Below are positions 19,126 to 27,872 of a stretch of 34,132 bases of DNA, one piece after another. The first letter of the stretch is position 1; each line of letters begins with the position of its first letter. Source of the DNA: Promethearchaeota archaeon Loki_b31 (lineage in GTDB: Archaea > Asgardarchaeota > Lokiarchaeia > Sigyniarchaeales > SOKP01); NCBI GenBank assembly GCA_005222975.1, contig NJBI01000038.1, positions 1-34,132 on the forward strand. Direction: 5' to 3'. Position numbers and translations under genes: made by a program. Under the pieces are notes generated by a model that did not search any database, was not told the DNA's origin, and saw nothing but the letters and a program-made list of their open reading frames with translations.

Positions 19126-20097
19126 ATGGAAAAAATAACTCATATAGATAAATCAACCAAACATCTTGAATGGAACGAAAGTTATTATTTTGTTTTTTAT
19201 AGTAAAAAGGACAAATTGGGGGGCATGTCTAGAATTGGTTTTAAACCAAATAAACAGGAGGGCATGACTTTTTTCTTTCTTTTTCTGCCTGATGGTTCCG
19301 TAGCAGGATATCATCAACAGATTAAAATAAAAGATTATTCAGATGCCCTTAAAGTAAAAGGAATGGTACATGGTTGGCAATCAGATGGAAATTGGAATTT
19401 TAAATTTAAAGGTAATATGGTTTTTGTAAAGAACTCGTTAGACTTACCAAAAGTGCGTGAAAACCCAAAACTCATTTCAAAAGTCCAATCTATTAAAATG
19501 GACTTATCATTTAATCCTATCAACGAACCATACGAATATAGCAAATATATGACTCCAGAATCACTAGAAATCGGTAAAAAATCAGGAGATAAACATTGGG
19601 AACAAATAGGACTCGTTTCTGGGGAATTAATAGTAGGCGATGAAATTTTTTACATTAAACGGGTTTTAGGACAACGAGATCACACTTATGGGGTAAGAGA
19701 TTGGACTGGCATTGGAGATTGGTTTTATTATGTAGTATGGTTTAACGAAAATTTAGCAATTAATCCTGCTGCGATTATTACTGATGATGGCAGATTATCT
19801 ACGGGTGGTTTTTTATTTAAAGATGGAAAAAATATTCCTTTAAAGACGCTACGAATAATAAATCAAAAATTTCAACAAGATGGTATTTTTCCTATAAGTT
19901 CAGAGTTAGAATTGATCGACAATCTCGGCGATCGGCATATACTCAAAGCTAATGTAGGCTCAATTATCCCAGTCAATTTTCAAGATGATGAAGGTAATCA
20001 ATCAATCTTGGTACAAGCATTTGGAACATTTGAACTTGATGGAATTTCGGGAGGATATGGCACATTTGAAACTCTAAGAAAAGTTAGAAAACAATAA
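19126..20097 (+). CDS. uncharacterised beta-rich protein, possibly AttH/CrtC/tocopherol-cyclase-like fold
   Basis: WNESYYFVF, HWEQIG.VSG.L.V, GQRDHTYGVRDW motifs; 18 nt downstream of the dikinase, so probably co-transcribed. Confidence 0.5.
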   Translation: MEKITHIDKSTKHLEWNESYYFVFYSKKDKLGGMSRIGFKPNKQEGMTFFFLFLPDGSVAGYHQQIKIKDYSDALKVKGMVHGWQSDGNWNFKFKGNMVFVKNSLDLPKVRENPKLISKVQSIKMDLSFNPINEPYEYSKYMTPESLEIGKKSGDKHWEQIGLVSGELIVGDEIFYIKRVLGQRDHTYGVRDWTGIGDWFYYVVWFNENLAINPAAIITDDGRLSTGGFLFKDGKNIPLKTLRIINQKFQQDGIFPISSELELIDNLGDRHILKANVGSIIPVNFQDDEGNQSILVQAFGTFELDGISGGYGTFETLRKVRKQ

Positions 20098-20180
20098 TTT
20101 TGATTTAAAGAATAATCTTAAAATAATGTTTAAAACAAATAAAAAATAAAATTTTAAAAAAATACAATTAAATCAAAGTT

Positions 20181-21005
20181 TTAAATTTTAACTTTATATT
20201 GCCAAAGATTTAATTCCTTCCTAAGTTTTTTACCCATCTCCATAGATTTCTTGGTCAACATATCTATTTCTTCTATAGAAAATGTAGCAAGACCACTTTT
20301 TTGAATAGATACTATTTTATTTTCTGTAACAGAAATGGAGATTTTTCCATCACTCACTAGTTCTTCTGGTAAAGTAGGGTCTAAAAAGATGATATCGCCG
20401 ATTTTTCCATATGTTGTAACAATTGGTAGTTCATTTACAATAGTTTCTCCGGTTAAATATTTACCCGTCCATTCAATTTGATCGTCCACCCATTTTCCTT
20501 CGGGAATGTGACTTGAGATTAATGTAGTTAACGAACTTATTCCACCTGCATCAATTAAATTCCCCGAATAATTAATAACATATAGATCTACAAATAAAAT
20601 ATACACAGCTTTATTTGCTTTTATACATAGTTTTTTTGTTTGGACGCAGTCTGCATGTCGAATCCCTCTATCAACAACACGTGCAAGTTCAATTGATTGC
20701 TCGCTTGGAGGACCTCTTTCAAATATAGGAGATGCTAAAGGTAGCAGTTCCGCCATAAAAGTACAAACGCCTTCTTCAGGAAGGTCGGGAAAGGGTGTTC
20801 CTACATCGTATTTTAACCCCGTAATTATTCTTGTATCTCCTAATGTTACGTCAGCAGATCCTTCTGCTGAAGTAATAACATCTGGTTTTATAGTCCAATC
20901 TCGATATTCCCAAAGTCCTCTACCGTCAATTCTTTCTTCTTTCCTCAAATTATTGAGAATGTAATTTTTTTCTATTGTCGAGATTACGCGTTTTGTATTC
21001 ATCAT
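20181..21005 (-). CDS. rrp42: exosome complex component Rrp42
   Basis: RIDGRGL.EYR, AEGSA.V.LGDT, ELARVVDRGIR, GNLIDA, DPT..EE. Confidence 0.95.
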   Translation of the reverse strand: MMNTKRVISTIEKNYILNNLRKEERIDGRGLWEYRDWTIKPDVITSAEGSADVTLGDTRIITGLKYDVGTPFPDLPEEGVCTFMAELLPLASPIFERGPPSEQSIELARVVDRGIRHADCVQTKKLCIKANKAVYILFVDLYVINYSGNLIDAGGISSLTTLISSHIPEGKWVDDQIEWTGKYLTGETIVNELPIVTTYGKIGDIIFLDPTLPEELVSDGKISISVTENKIVSIQKSGLATFSIEEIDMLTKKSMEMGKKLRKELNLWQYKVKI

Positions 21006-21769
21006 TTTTTTTTCTTTCCTCCGGAATATTCTTCTTGAATTGCAATATATTTATTTTTTAGCGTGTTTAATTGCATTTCATGGATCTTTATTAGAGCATT
21101 TTTAGCAAGAGTTAAAACCTCGTCAAACTCTTTTAAATCCATACTGCCATCGAATTGGAGTAATGAAATTTCCTCATTAAACCATGTTATCGCACACGGT
21201 AAATCTGCATCACCCGCTTTATCTTCAATTCCTGATAAGTCTGTTACTAATTCCCCATCGATTTTTCCAACGGCAACAGCTGTTACTAGACTCCTCATTG
21301 GAACTCCCGCATCAGCGAGTGCTAAGGCAGCAACCGTGGCACATCCGCACCGTGTTCCGCCATCAGCATCCATCACATTAATAAAAACCTCAAACGAATT
21401 ACCAGGATAAAGTTCAAGAAAAAGCAAAGGTTCTAAGCAATCTGCTAATACCATTGAAATTTCTTTTTCTCGGCGTCCAGGGGCTGGGCGTTTTCTATCA
21501 AACACTGAAAAGGTTGCCATTCTATAAAAAACTCTCAGAATTCCTTTATCTGGTTTCGCTAAATAATGAGGATGAACATCTCTAGGTCCGTAAACAGCGC
21601 AAAAAATTTTGTTATTGCCCCATTCTAAATATGCTGAACCATCTGCATTTTTTACTACTCCTACTTCCATTTTTATAGGTCTTAACTCGTGTTTGTCTCG
21701 ACCATCAAGTCTCTTCCCATCTTCACGAAATAATTTTTCTGGGTACTCATCTTTAATAATTAGTGGCAT
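21002..21769 (-). CDS. rrp41: exosome complex exonuclease Rrp41
   Basis: RLDGR...ELRPI, ADGSAY.E.G.NK, VYGPR, RREKEIS, ADGGTR, DLSGIED..GDADLP. Confidence 0.96.
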   Translation of the reverse strand: MPLIIKDEYPEKLFREDGKRLDGRDKHELRPIKMEVGVVKNADGSAYLEWGNNKIFCAVYGPRDVHPHYLAKPDKGILRVFYRMATFSVFDRKRPAPGRREKEISMVLADCLEPLLFLELYPGNSFEVFINVMDADGGTRCGCATVAALALADAGVPMRSLVTAVAVGKIDGELVTDLSGIEDKAGDADLPCAITWFNEEISLLQFDGSMDLKEFDEVLTLAKNALIKIHEMQLNTLKNKYIAIQEEYSGGKKKK

Positions 21770-22579
21770 TTAATTTATACCTCTTATCTTTTTTTCATTA
21801 TCAATATATTCTGAAATTCGGTCTGTTAACCCAACCGTATGGGCTTCTCTTTCAATTTTCTTTATTGCGTCAATTAATAACCTTTCATAAGCAATATTTT
21901 CACCTTTTAACCAAATACGCCCATTTTGCGTTACAAATATATTACTTTTAGTTAAATTTTTTAACATTTTAATCATAGAACCATTACGTCCAATAACTCG
22001 TGGAATTTTTGGAGGATTAATTGAGATAACTATGCCATCTCTTCTTTTGCCTAAATATTGACCAACGGTTGTTAATTCAGGTTGGTTTAGACGATCTGCA
22101 GAAAGTACTTTTACAATTAATATATCTCCAATTTGATACTTATCAGTTGAAGGAGCTGCAGAATCTGAACCTCCCCCCCTAAATCCTCTCGTTTTATTTC
22201 TCTTTACTGTATTTTTTGGTTTTAAAATCCCTTCATCTTTAGCGTTAATGTCTAATCTATATTTGACTGGGTTTTTATCTGTAACTAAAGCAATAACCTT
22301 ATCTCCTGCTCGAGGCGTATAAGACCCTTTAAGAGGGATAACATTAATGTAATTTTTATTAATCTGCTTTAAACCAATGTTTAACGATATTATTTTTGTT
22401 CTTTCTTTATTTAAAATTGTACCTCTTCCGGGTAAGAAATTTTTTGTATCTTCTGTCAATACCTCTCCTGGCACGACAACCTCCCGAGAAATATCTTCAC
22501 CATCGAACTCAGCTCTTTCTTCAGCTTCATCATTATTTGTAATAGTTTCTTCTATTGATTCATCTTCTTCATTTTCCAT
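21770..22579 (-). CDS. rrp4: exosome RNA-binding cap protein Rrp4
   Basis: VVPGE, Y.PR.GD.VI, S1 domain, KH motif PRVIGRNGSM, QNGRIW, EAHT.GLTDRI. Confidence 0.95.
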   Translation of the reverse strand: MENEEDESIEETITNNDEAEERAEFDGEDISREVVVPGEVLTEDTKNFLPGRGTILNKERTKIISLNIGLKQINKNYINVIPLKGSYTPRAGDKVIALVTDKNPVKYRLDINAKDEGILKPKNTVKRNKTRGFRGGGSDSAAPSTDKYQIGDILIVKVLSADRLNQPELTTVGQYLGKRRDGIVISINPPKIPRVIGRNGSMIKMLKNLTKSNIFVTQNGRIWLKGENIAYERLLIDAIKKIEREAHTVGLTDRISEYIDNEKKIRGIN

Positions 22580-22668
22580 TTATTTTTAATCACTCTCTAT
22601 TTATAATTTATACATTTGATTAATTATCGTAAAAAACCATTAAGGAAAATTAGTTAAAAATTATCTGG

Positions 22669-23460
22669 TTAGGACTTCATTAATTTAGTTTGAACTCGTC
22701 CGTGAGTTAACTTATTCAATTTATCAATCAATTCCATTTGCAATCCTGCAGGTAAACTAACAACTGAAACCCAAGATCCATCCGATTGCCACTCCTCCTT
22801 TTTAATTTGTGCTAATTGCGCAACAACATTATAACCCTTTGCAGTAAAGACCGAAGGTATTTTTATCGCAATTTGCACTTGCTCCATTCGAATAGGTATG
22901 ATTGCTCGTATCTGTTTAAGTACATCGTCAACTTGTTCTTCCGCACTTCTCATTAAGTCAACTTTAACTTTTGCTTCCTCTATAGCTTTTTCAATTCTTT
23001 GATAAGGGTGTGGTTTTTTATTTTGAGGATTTATCGCGTTTTTAGTGATAATTGTAATTATCTGCTTTAATTTTTTATCTCTTTCATCATCTCGTTGGGT
23101 TCGAGTCCATTGTATTTCTCCTTCTAATAAAACGTTACTCGCGATAATTCTTCCGTCTGTAGTATTAAATACAGCTTCCATATCGCCGTCAGTTGCTTTT
23201 TTTCCCCTTCTCAAATCTTCAAACACGGTAAAACTTTCAAAAATTAATTCAATTGTAATTTTAGGATTTTTTAAGAGTTCTTCAGCAGAAACGCGAGATT
23301 TTTTACTTCCTTCCATAAGACGTTTGTTTATTTCTTCTCGAATGATTTTTTTGGCTTCCCATGCTTTGTCAGGGGCTAATAACATCTCAAAGGTGCGCCC
23401 CTCTTTTACTATGCGCCCAACAATGAAACCACCTAAATCTATTCTTGCTCTGTCTATCAT
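22669..23460 (-). CDS. sdo1: ribosome maturation factor SBDS/Sdo1
   Basis: G..FE, F.TTD, GEIQ.T..QR, NPQ..KPHP..RIE.A, EEWQSDGSW, PAGLQ. Confidence 0.95.
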   Translation of the reverse strand: MIDRARIDLGGFIVGRIVKEGRTFEMLLAPDKAWEAKKIIREEINKRLMEGSKKSRVSAEELLKNPKITIELIFESFTVFEDLRRGKKATDGDMEAVFNTTDGRIIASNVLLEGEIQWTRTQRDDERDKKLKQIITIITKNAINPQNKKPHPYQRIEKAIEEAKVKVDLMRSAEEQVDDVLKQIRAIIPIRMEQVQIAIKIPSVFTAKGYNVVAQLAQIKKEEWQSDGSWVSVVSLPAGLQMELIDKLNKLTHGRVQTKLMKS

Positions 23461-23577
23461 TTAAATTTTTCACTAACGACCTTATTGAATGATCTCGCTT
23501 TTTACTATTTTTTGCCTTATATTAATTGATAAATTTTAATGAGGGTTAACCTTGAACCTTAAATATTTTATAGAAGA

Positions 23578-24300
23578 TTATAACTTATTCAATAAATCTT
23601 CCTTTTCTTCATTACTCAATAATTTAAATTTAATATCGTCTTTCATAATGAAAGCTACATCACAAGTTTCTTTATTCAAATTATCACCCATTAATTCTTT
23701 TAAAGTTCTTAAAGGTAATAATTTTAATTCATCATCACTAATATCCTCTTTATAATTTTCTTCAAGGTAAACCCGCGCCTCAGTTGCACCTGAACCTATC
23801 GCAAAAGCTTTATAGCCCCAACTAGCGCCACTGGGATCCGTCAAATAGAGGACAGCTCGCTTCTCATTACCCGGATCAACTCCAGCTATGAGGAAACTCA
23901 CTCCAAAAGGTCTTACACCTGCATTCTGCGTGAAAAGTTGGAGATATTCGCAGATATTAAGCGTACTATCTTTAACCGAAATTTTCTCGTCGTAATTTAA
24001 AATATTAACTTGTGCCTGAACTCTTGCTCGGTCTATAAGCACCCTTGCGTCAGCAGTGAGCCCAGCGATAGCTGCGCCAATGTGGTCGTCAACTTTAAAT
24101 ATTTTTTCCGAGCCAATAATTTCTTGAAGTTCGGAACTCTTTTTTTCGACGGCAAAAACTACTGAATGACTATTCCTACAAACAATAGCCGCTGTTCCTC
24201 TTCTCACAGCTTCTATAGCGTACTCGACCTGAAACAGCCTCCCCTCTGGAGAAAACTGAGTTATAGCCATGTCATACCCTCGTCCTGCTTGCTGGAACAT
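23578..24300 (-). CDS. psmA: proteasome subunit alpha
   Basis: GYD.AIT.FSPEGRLFQVEYA.EAV, GLTADAR, RPFGVS, TDPSG. Confidence 0.97.
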   Translation of the reverse strand: MFQQAGRGYDMAITQFSPEGRLFQVEYAIEAVRRGTAAIVCRNSHSVVFAVEKKSSELQEIIGSEKIFKVDDHIGAAIAGLTADARVLIDRARVQAQVNILNYDEKISVKDSTLNICEYLQLFTQNAGVRPFGVSFLIAGVDPGNEKRAVLYLTDPSGASWGYKAFAIGSGATEARVYLEENYKEDISDDELKLLPLRTLKELMGDNLNKETCDVAFIMKDDIKFKLLSNEEKEDLLNKL

Positions 24301-24529
24301 GATATATATCCCTTTTTAATTTTTAATTAATTATCTTATTTTTTTTTTACTATTAAAATATTGAAATTTTTAATAAAATTTATATTTTGTCTAAATAAAG
24401 TATTAGCTTTTGAACACAAATTCGTAAAAAAAATAAAATCTATTTGTTCAAATTCGGGATATAAATAAAAAAGAAATAAAATGTAATTTTAAAAGCCTTG
24501 ATAATGATTAGGTGAATTCTTCAAACTGT

Positions 24530-24901
24530 TTAACTCCAAGCAACCTTATTAATAAAAATTGACCACTCAAGCAAAATCATACCTTCGTCTCGAGTATGTG
24601 CTATGAGGTAATCCCCGTCTTTTGAAATCGATCCAACTATATTACCCTTCCCCCCAACTATATTTTTTGCCGCTAATTGAATGTCATCATTTTTTAATAT
24701 CGCAAATCTATAATTCTGAAAGTTAAGAGCTGGTTCTTTTTGTTTCCACGCTACAAGCATAGCTTTAGCTTCTTCGTTTGATAATGAGAATTTTTCGGAT
24801 TTAAAAAGAATCTCGCCGTTAGAATCCAACAAGAAAATTTCTTCCGTACCATCGTATTTTCTTAGTTCTTCAACTAAATAATTAAATCGTTGTTGTTCCA
24901 T
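24530..24901 (-). CDS. profilin-like protein (Asgard eukaryotic-signature protein)
   Basis: 123 aa. N-terminal helix, 'IFLLDSNGEILFKSEKFSLS', 'ALNFQNYRFAILKND..QLAAKNI.GGKGNIV' and a C-terminal helix follow the Asgard profilin pattern (hhh..DG.h...o..a.h; h.h.g.ky.h.......h.g.n..gkG.h). Confidence 0.7.
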   Translation of the reverse strand: MEQQRFNYLVEELRKYDGTEEIFLLDSNGEILFKSEKFSLSNEEAKAMLVAWKQKEPALNFQNYRFAILKNDDIQLAAKNIVGGKGNIVGSISKDGDYLIAHTRDEGMILLEWSIFINKVAWS

Positions 24902-25087
24902 AACTCACATCAACAAAATCTTATGCTTTTCTTTAAACTATCATAAAAGTTCATCAATTTAAATTTTATCAGAACGAAATTAAGTTAAAATTAACTAATA
25001 TAATAAGAGAAAATAAGAAATATTACGCTATACTTACTATTATAATAATTATTATTAGGATTCATATTTCTACATATAGGAATTTTT

Positions 25088-25873
25088 ATGGTAAAAAATT
25101 TAGTTCTATACGATAAAATTTATAATGTCTATACAGATAAAGATAAAACAGAAATTTCAATAAGATATCGAAAGTATTTAAACGAATTAGCTCAAAGTTT
25201 TCCAAATACAAAAGTCCAAATAAAAAAAGTAAGACAATTTGACGATAGAGTAGAGATTCTAATATCGGGACCAGAAGAAATCTTCCTTCTTAATTTATTT
25301 AAAAAAGAAGTTGGAACTATCGTTGAGTTCGATGGGGTTGAAATAAATCAAACATATAAAGGAGTCTTATTAGATGTAGGAAAAGTAGGGTTTGGAATTT
25401 TTGTGGATTGCGCTATTTTAAACCCTAAAACGGATGTTTTACTTAATCTTCACGCTCTTAGGAAACAATTATGTAAAGGAAGGGATGTTTCGCTACCAGA
25501 GATTATTAAAGCTTACGATTTTATCGATCATTTTCCTGTTTATATAAAAATTACTTCAATCGATAAAGAAAAAGAACAAATACAAGGCAATCTAGATCAG
25601 AAGACTTTAGCACTATACGGTAAATTAGTTGTGGAAAATCTCGAAGGTGTTTTTGTAAGTGGTGAAACAAAAGGTCAGTTCAAAAAAGCGCTTCTAAGGA
25701 CCGGTCATTATCGAGACATCGCGTCAATTGAACGATTCGGATTTCTGGAGAACATCGTAATTCTAAGACAAAACACAAGCGCTCCAGGAATTATTGCAGA
25801 TATCGGCAAATACCTTAAAAATTGTAAGTTGAGCGCAATTAGATCTGAAAGAATCAGAAAATTATTTGTATAG
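25088..25873 (+). CDS. DUF2110-family protein (OB/S1-like)
   Basis: 'Y.G.L.DVGKVGFGIFVD', 'FIDHFPV.IKI', 'GH.RDI..IER.G.LE', 'APGII..IG..L'. Confidence 0.75.
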   Translation: MVKNLVLYDKIYNVYTDKDKTEISIRYRKYLNELAQSFPNTKVQIKKVRQFDDRVEILISGPEEIFLLNLFKKEVGTIVEFDGVEINQTYKGVLLDVGKVGFGIFVDCAILNPKTDVLLNLHALRKQLCKGRDVSLPEIIKAYDFIDHFPVYIKITSIDKEKEQIQGNLDQKTLALYGKLVVENLEGVFVSGETKGQFKKALLRTGHYRDIASIERFGFLENIVILRQNTSAPGIIADIGKYLKNCKLSAIRSERIRKLFV

Positions 25874-25883
25874 AATGGAAAAA

Positions 25884-25989
25884 TGGTGGGCCCAGGGAGG
25901 TTTTCGTATAAGCGATAGATTCGCTCTGATATCGAACTCCCGATCTTCTCGGTGTAAGCGAGACGTCATAACCACTAAACCATGGGCCC
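25884..25989 (-). tRNA. tRNA-Val(TAC) with a 30-nt T-loop intron at 59/60 (25901-25930); CCA encoded
   Basis: GGGCCCA/TGGGCCC acceptor, TCTCG-CTTACAC-CGAGA anticodon arm, GGGAG/CTCCC T-stem. BHB is TTCG[AT^A]...CGAA[AA^C]; the mature tRNA is 76 nt. Confidence 0.93.
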
Positions 25990-26196
25990 TATTAGTGCTT
26001 ATTATATCAAATTATTTAGATATAAGATAGTAATTTAATACTTTAATATTTTTTTAAAGCGATTTGAGGATATTTTTACTTATAAGGATGGTTATTATCT
26101 CAACGATTAAAAATTATCTAGTTTTTTATAATTTCATTCAGAATATTTTCTAAAGACAATGCCTTTAATCAAATTTTTATCAATAAGTGTTAAGCA

Positions 26197-27549
26197 ATGA
26201 AAGACCATAATGATAATGAATATAAGGATGAAGAAAATAAGTTAGATATCAATGATGAAGATGTAATTGAAAACTATGATCTTGAAAACGATTTTGAACC
26301 AGAAGATGAAATTAGATTAGATGAAAATGATTCCGAATTTGAGTTTGAACCCAGAGATGAAAGCAAATATAGATCACTAAAGAAATCAAGAAGAGATAAA
26401 TCCCATTATCATAATGTTAGAAAAGAATTAAATGAGTATCTTGATTCTATTTTAAAAAATTATCCCGAGAATATCAGAGAAGATAAAATATTAAGTATGA
26501 ATAAACTTGCAGATAAATTTGATGTTTCAAAACCGTTTGTTATAGATTTTCTTAATAACTACATTAAACTAAGATATACTAAACAGGAAATGATGAGAAT
26601 TAAGAAAGATCTATGGCCTCAAGGTTCTTTAGTAAACAAAATTAAAAGAGAAAAATTTTACCAAATTTTACCTGAATGCATTGAAAATTATCCTAATGAT
26701 ATTTCAAAGATTCCTTCATTACAAGATTTTGCAGATATGATAAATGTTGAAAGAAACACCATCACAAATTGGATAAAAAAATACTTATTGAGGGAATTTG
26801 GGTCAGAAGAGTCTGCAATAAGATTTAAAGAAATTTGGACTAACAGACAAGGTGGTCAAAATGTAAGATTAAAGTATGAAAAATTAAAAACTTTTATTAG
26901 AAATAGAAGAGGGACCTTATTAACATCAAAAGAGCAATTCGATTCTATGAAATTTCCTAGTCAACAACATATTGATATTGTCTGTGAAGAAAACCATACT
27001 TTTTCACCTCAAATCCTTCACATTTTATACCATAATCAATGGTGTCCTACATGTAAAGAATATTTCTGTCAAAAAATTACGCGTTTATATATGGAAGCAA
27101 TATTTGATGCAGAATTTCCAGAAACTTCGTTAAAAAATGCATATGGTCTCTCTACAGAGGAAGGAGGTCAGTTAAGATGGGATGGTTATAATAATAAGGT
27201 TTCTATGAAAGGAGAGATTTTTAAGATTTCATTTGAATATGATGGTCTTCAACACGATAGATGGCCAAATTGGATTCATAAATCTTGGGAAGATTTTAAA
27301 AAACAACAGGAAAATGATCAAAAGAAGAATGTTATAGCTGGTCTTTCTGATTACAATACAGTTGTAATAAGGTTAAAGGAAATTAATGGATTTAATAAAA
27401 AGACTATAAATATGTTCCAAACAGAAATATTAAAACAATTTTACGAGCAGACGGGTATAAAATATCCGTTTGATTATGATTTAGATTATGATCCTTTTAC
27501 AAATTCTTTGAAGCTGAAAAAGGGAGGTTTAGACAATTTTTTAGGTTAA
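26197..27549 (+). CDS. putative endonuclease: acidic N-tail, two HTH repeats, Zn-ribbon and Vsr/EDxHD-like PD-(D/E)XK domain
   Basis: KIPSLQDFADMINVERNTI (GntR-like HTH) with an upstream repeat; CEENH...WCPTC; LRWDGYN...ISFEYDGLQH...ND..K...VIRL. Confidence 0.6.
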   Translation: MKDHNDNEYKDEENKLDINDEDVIENYDLENDFEPEDEIRLDENDSEFEFEPRDESKYRSLKKSRRDKSHYHNVRKELNEYLDSILKNYPENIREDKILSMNKLADKFDVSKPFVIDFLNNYIKLRYTKQEMMRIKKDLWPQGSLVNKIKREKFYQILPECIENYPNDISKIPSLQDFADMINVERNTITNWIKKYLLREFGSEESAIRFKEIWTNRQGGQNVRLKYEKLKTFIRNRRGTLLTSKEQFDSMKFPSQQHIDIVCEENHTFSPQILHILYHNQWCPTCKEYFCQKITRLYMEAIFDAEFPETSLKNAYGLSTEEGGQLRWDGYNNKVSMKGEIFKISFEYDGLQHDRWPNWIHKSWEDFKKQQENDQKKNVIAGLSDYNTVVIRLKEINGFNKKTINMFQTEILKQFYEQTGIKYPFDYDLDYDPFTNSLKLKKGGLDNFLG

Positions 27550-27597
27550 AAACAAAGAAAAGCTATTAATTAACAATCAAAACTTTAAAATTAGATA

Positions 27598-27711
27598 CGC
27601 TCAGGGTGGGATTCGAACCCACGCATCCGATGGACACTGGATTAGCAATCCAGCGCTCTACCAGGCTAAGCGACGAACTTTCACTAGCACGAAGAGGCTA
27701 ATAAGCTGAGC
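27598..27711 (-). tRNA. tRNA-Ser(GCT) with a predicted 31-nt intron in the acceptor stem at 6/7 (27675-27705)
   Basis: The spliced form is GCTCAG^G TC GCTT AGCCTGGTAGAGC G CTGGA TTGCTAA TCCAG, then a long variable arm, GTGGG TTCGAAT CCCAC CCTGAGC G. It has a fully Watson-Crick acceptor stem and G73. tRNA identity is secure; the exact intron boundaries are inferred from BHB geometry. Confidence 0.85.
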
Positions 27712-27872
27712 TCCTTATAATCCCGAGCATAAATACAATTTTTTTAGGTGTGTTTCTTTTTTCATTATAACGATTTAAAATTTTAATACTTTTTCATTGG
27801 AATGAGCAGTTCATATTAAAGATAAATAAATGGATAAAAAAAAATAAAGTAGATTTTGTATTTTTAAACCTA

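Noticed and set aside
27674-27728. Alternative model: tRNA-Ser(GCT) starts at GCTCGGG with a 48-nt intron, or has nested introns
   Set aside because: Less favoured, not excluded. The GCTC/GAGC helix available there gives cut sites leaving 2 extra nt, whereas the 31-nt model yields exact junctions and an all-Watson-Crick stem.
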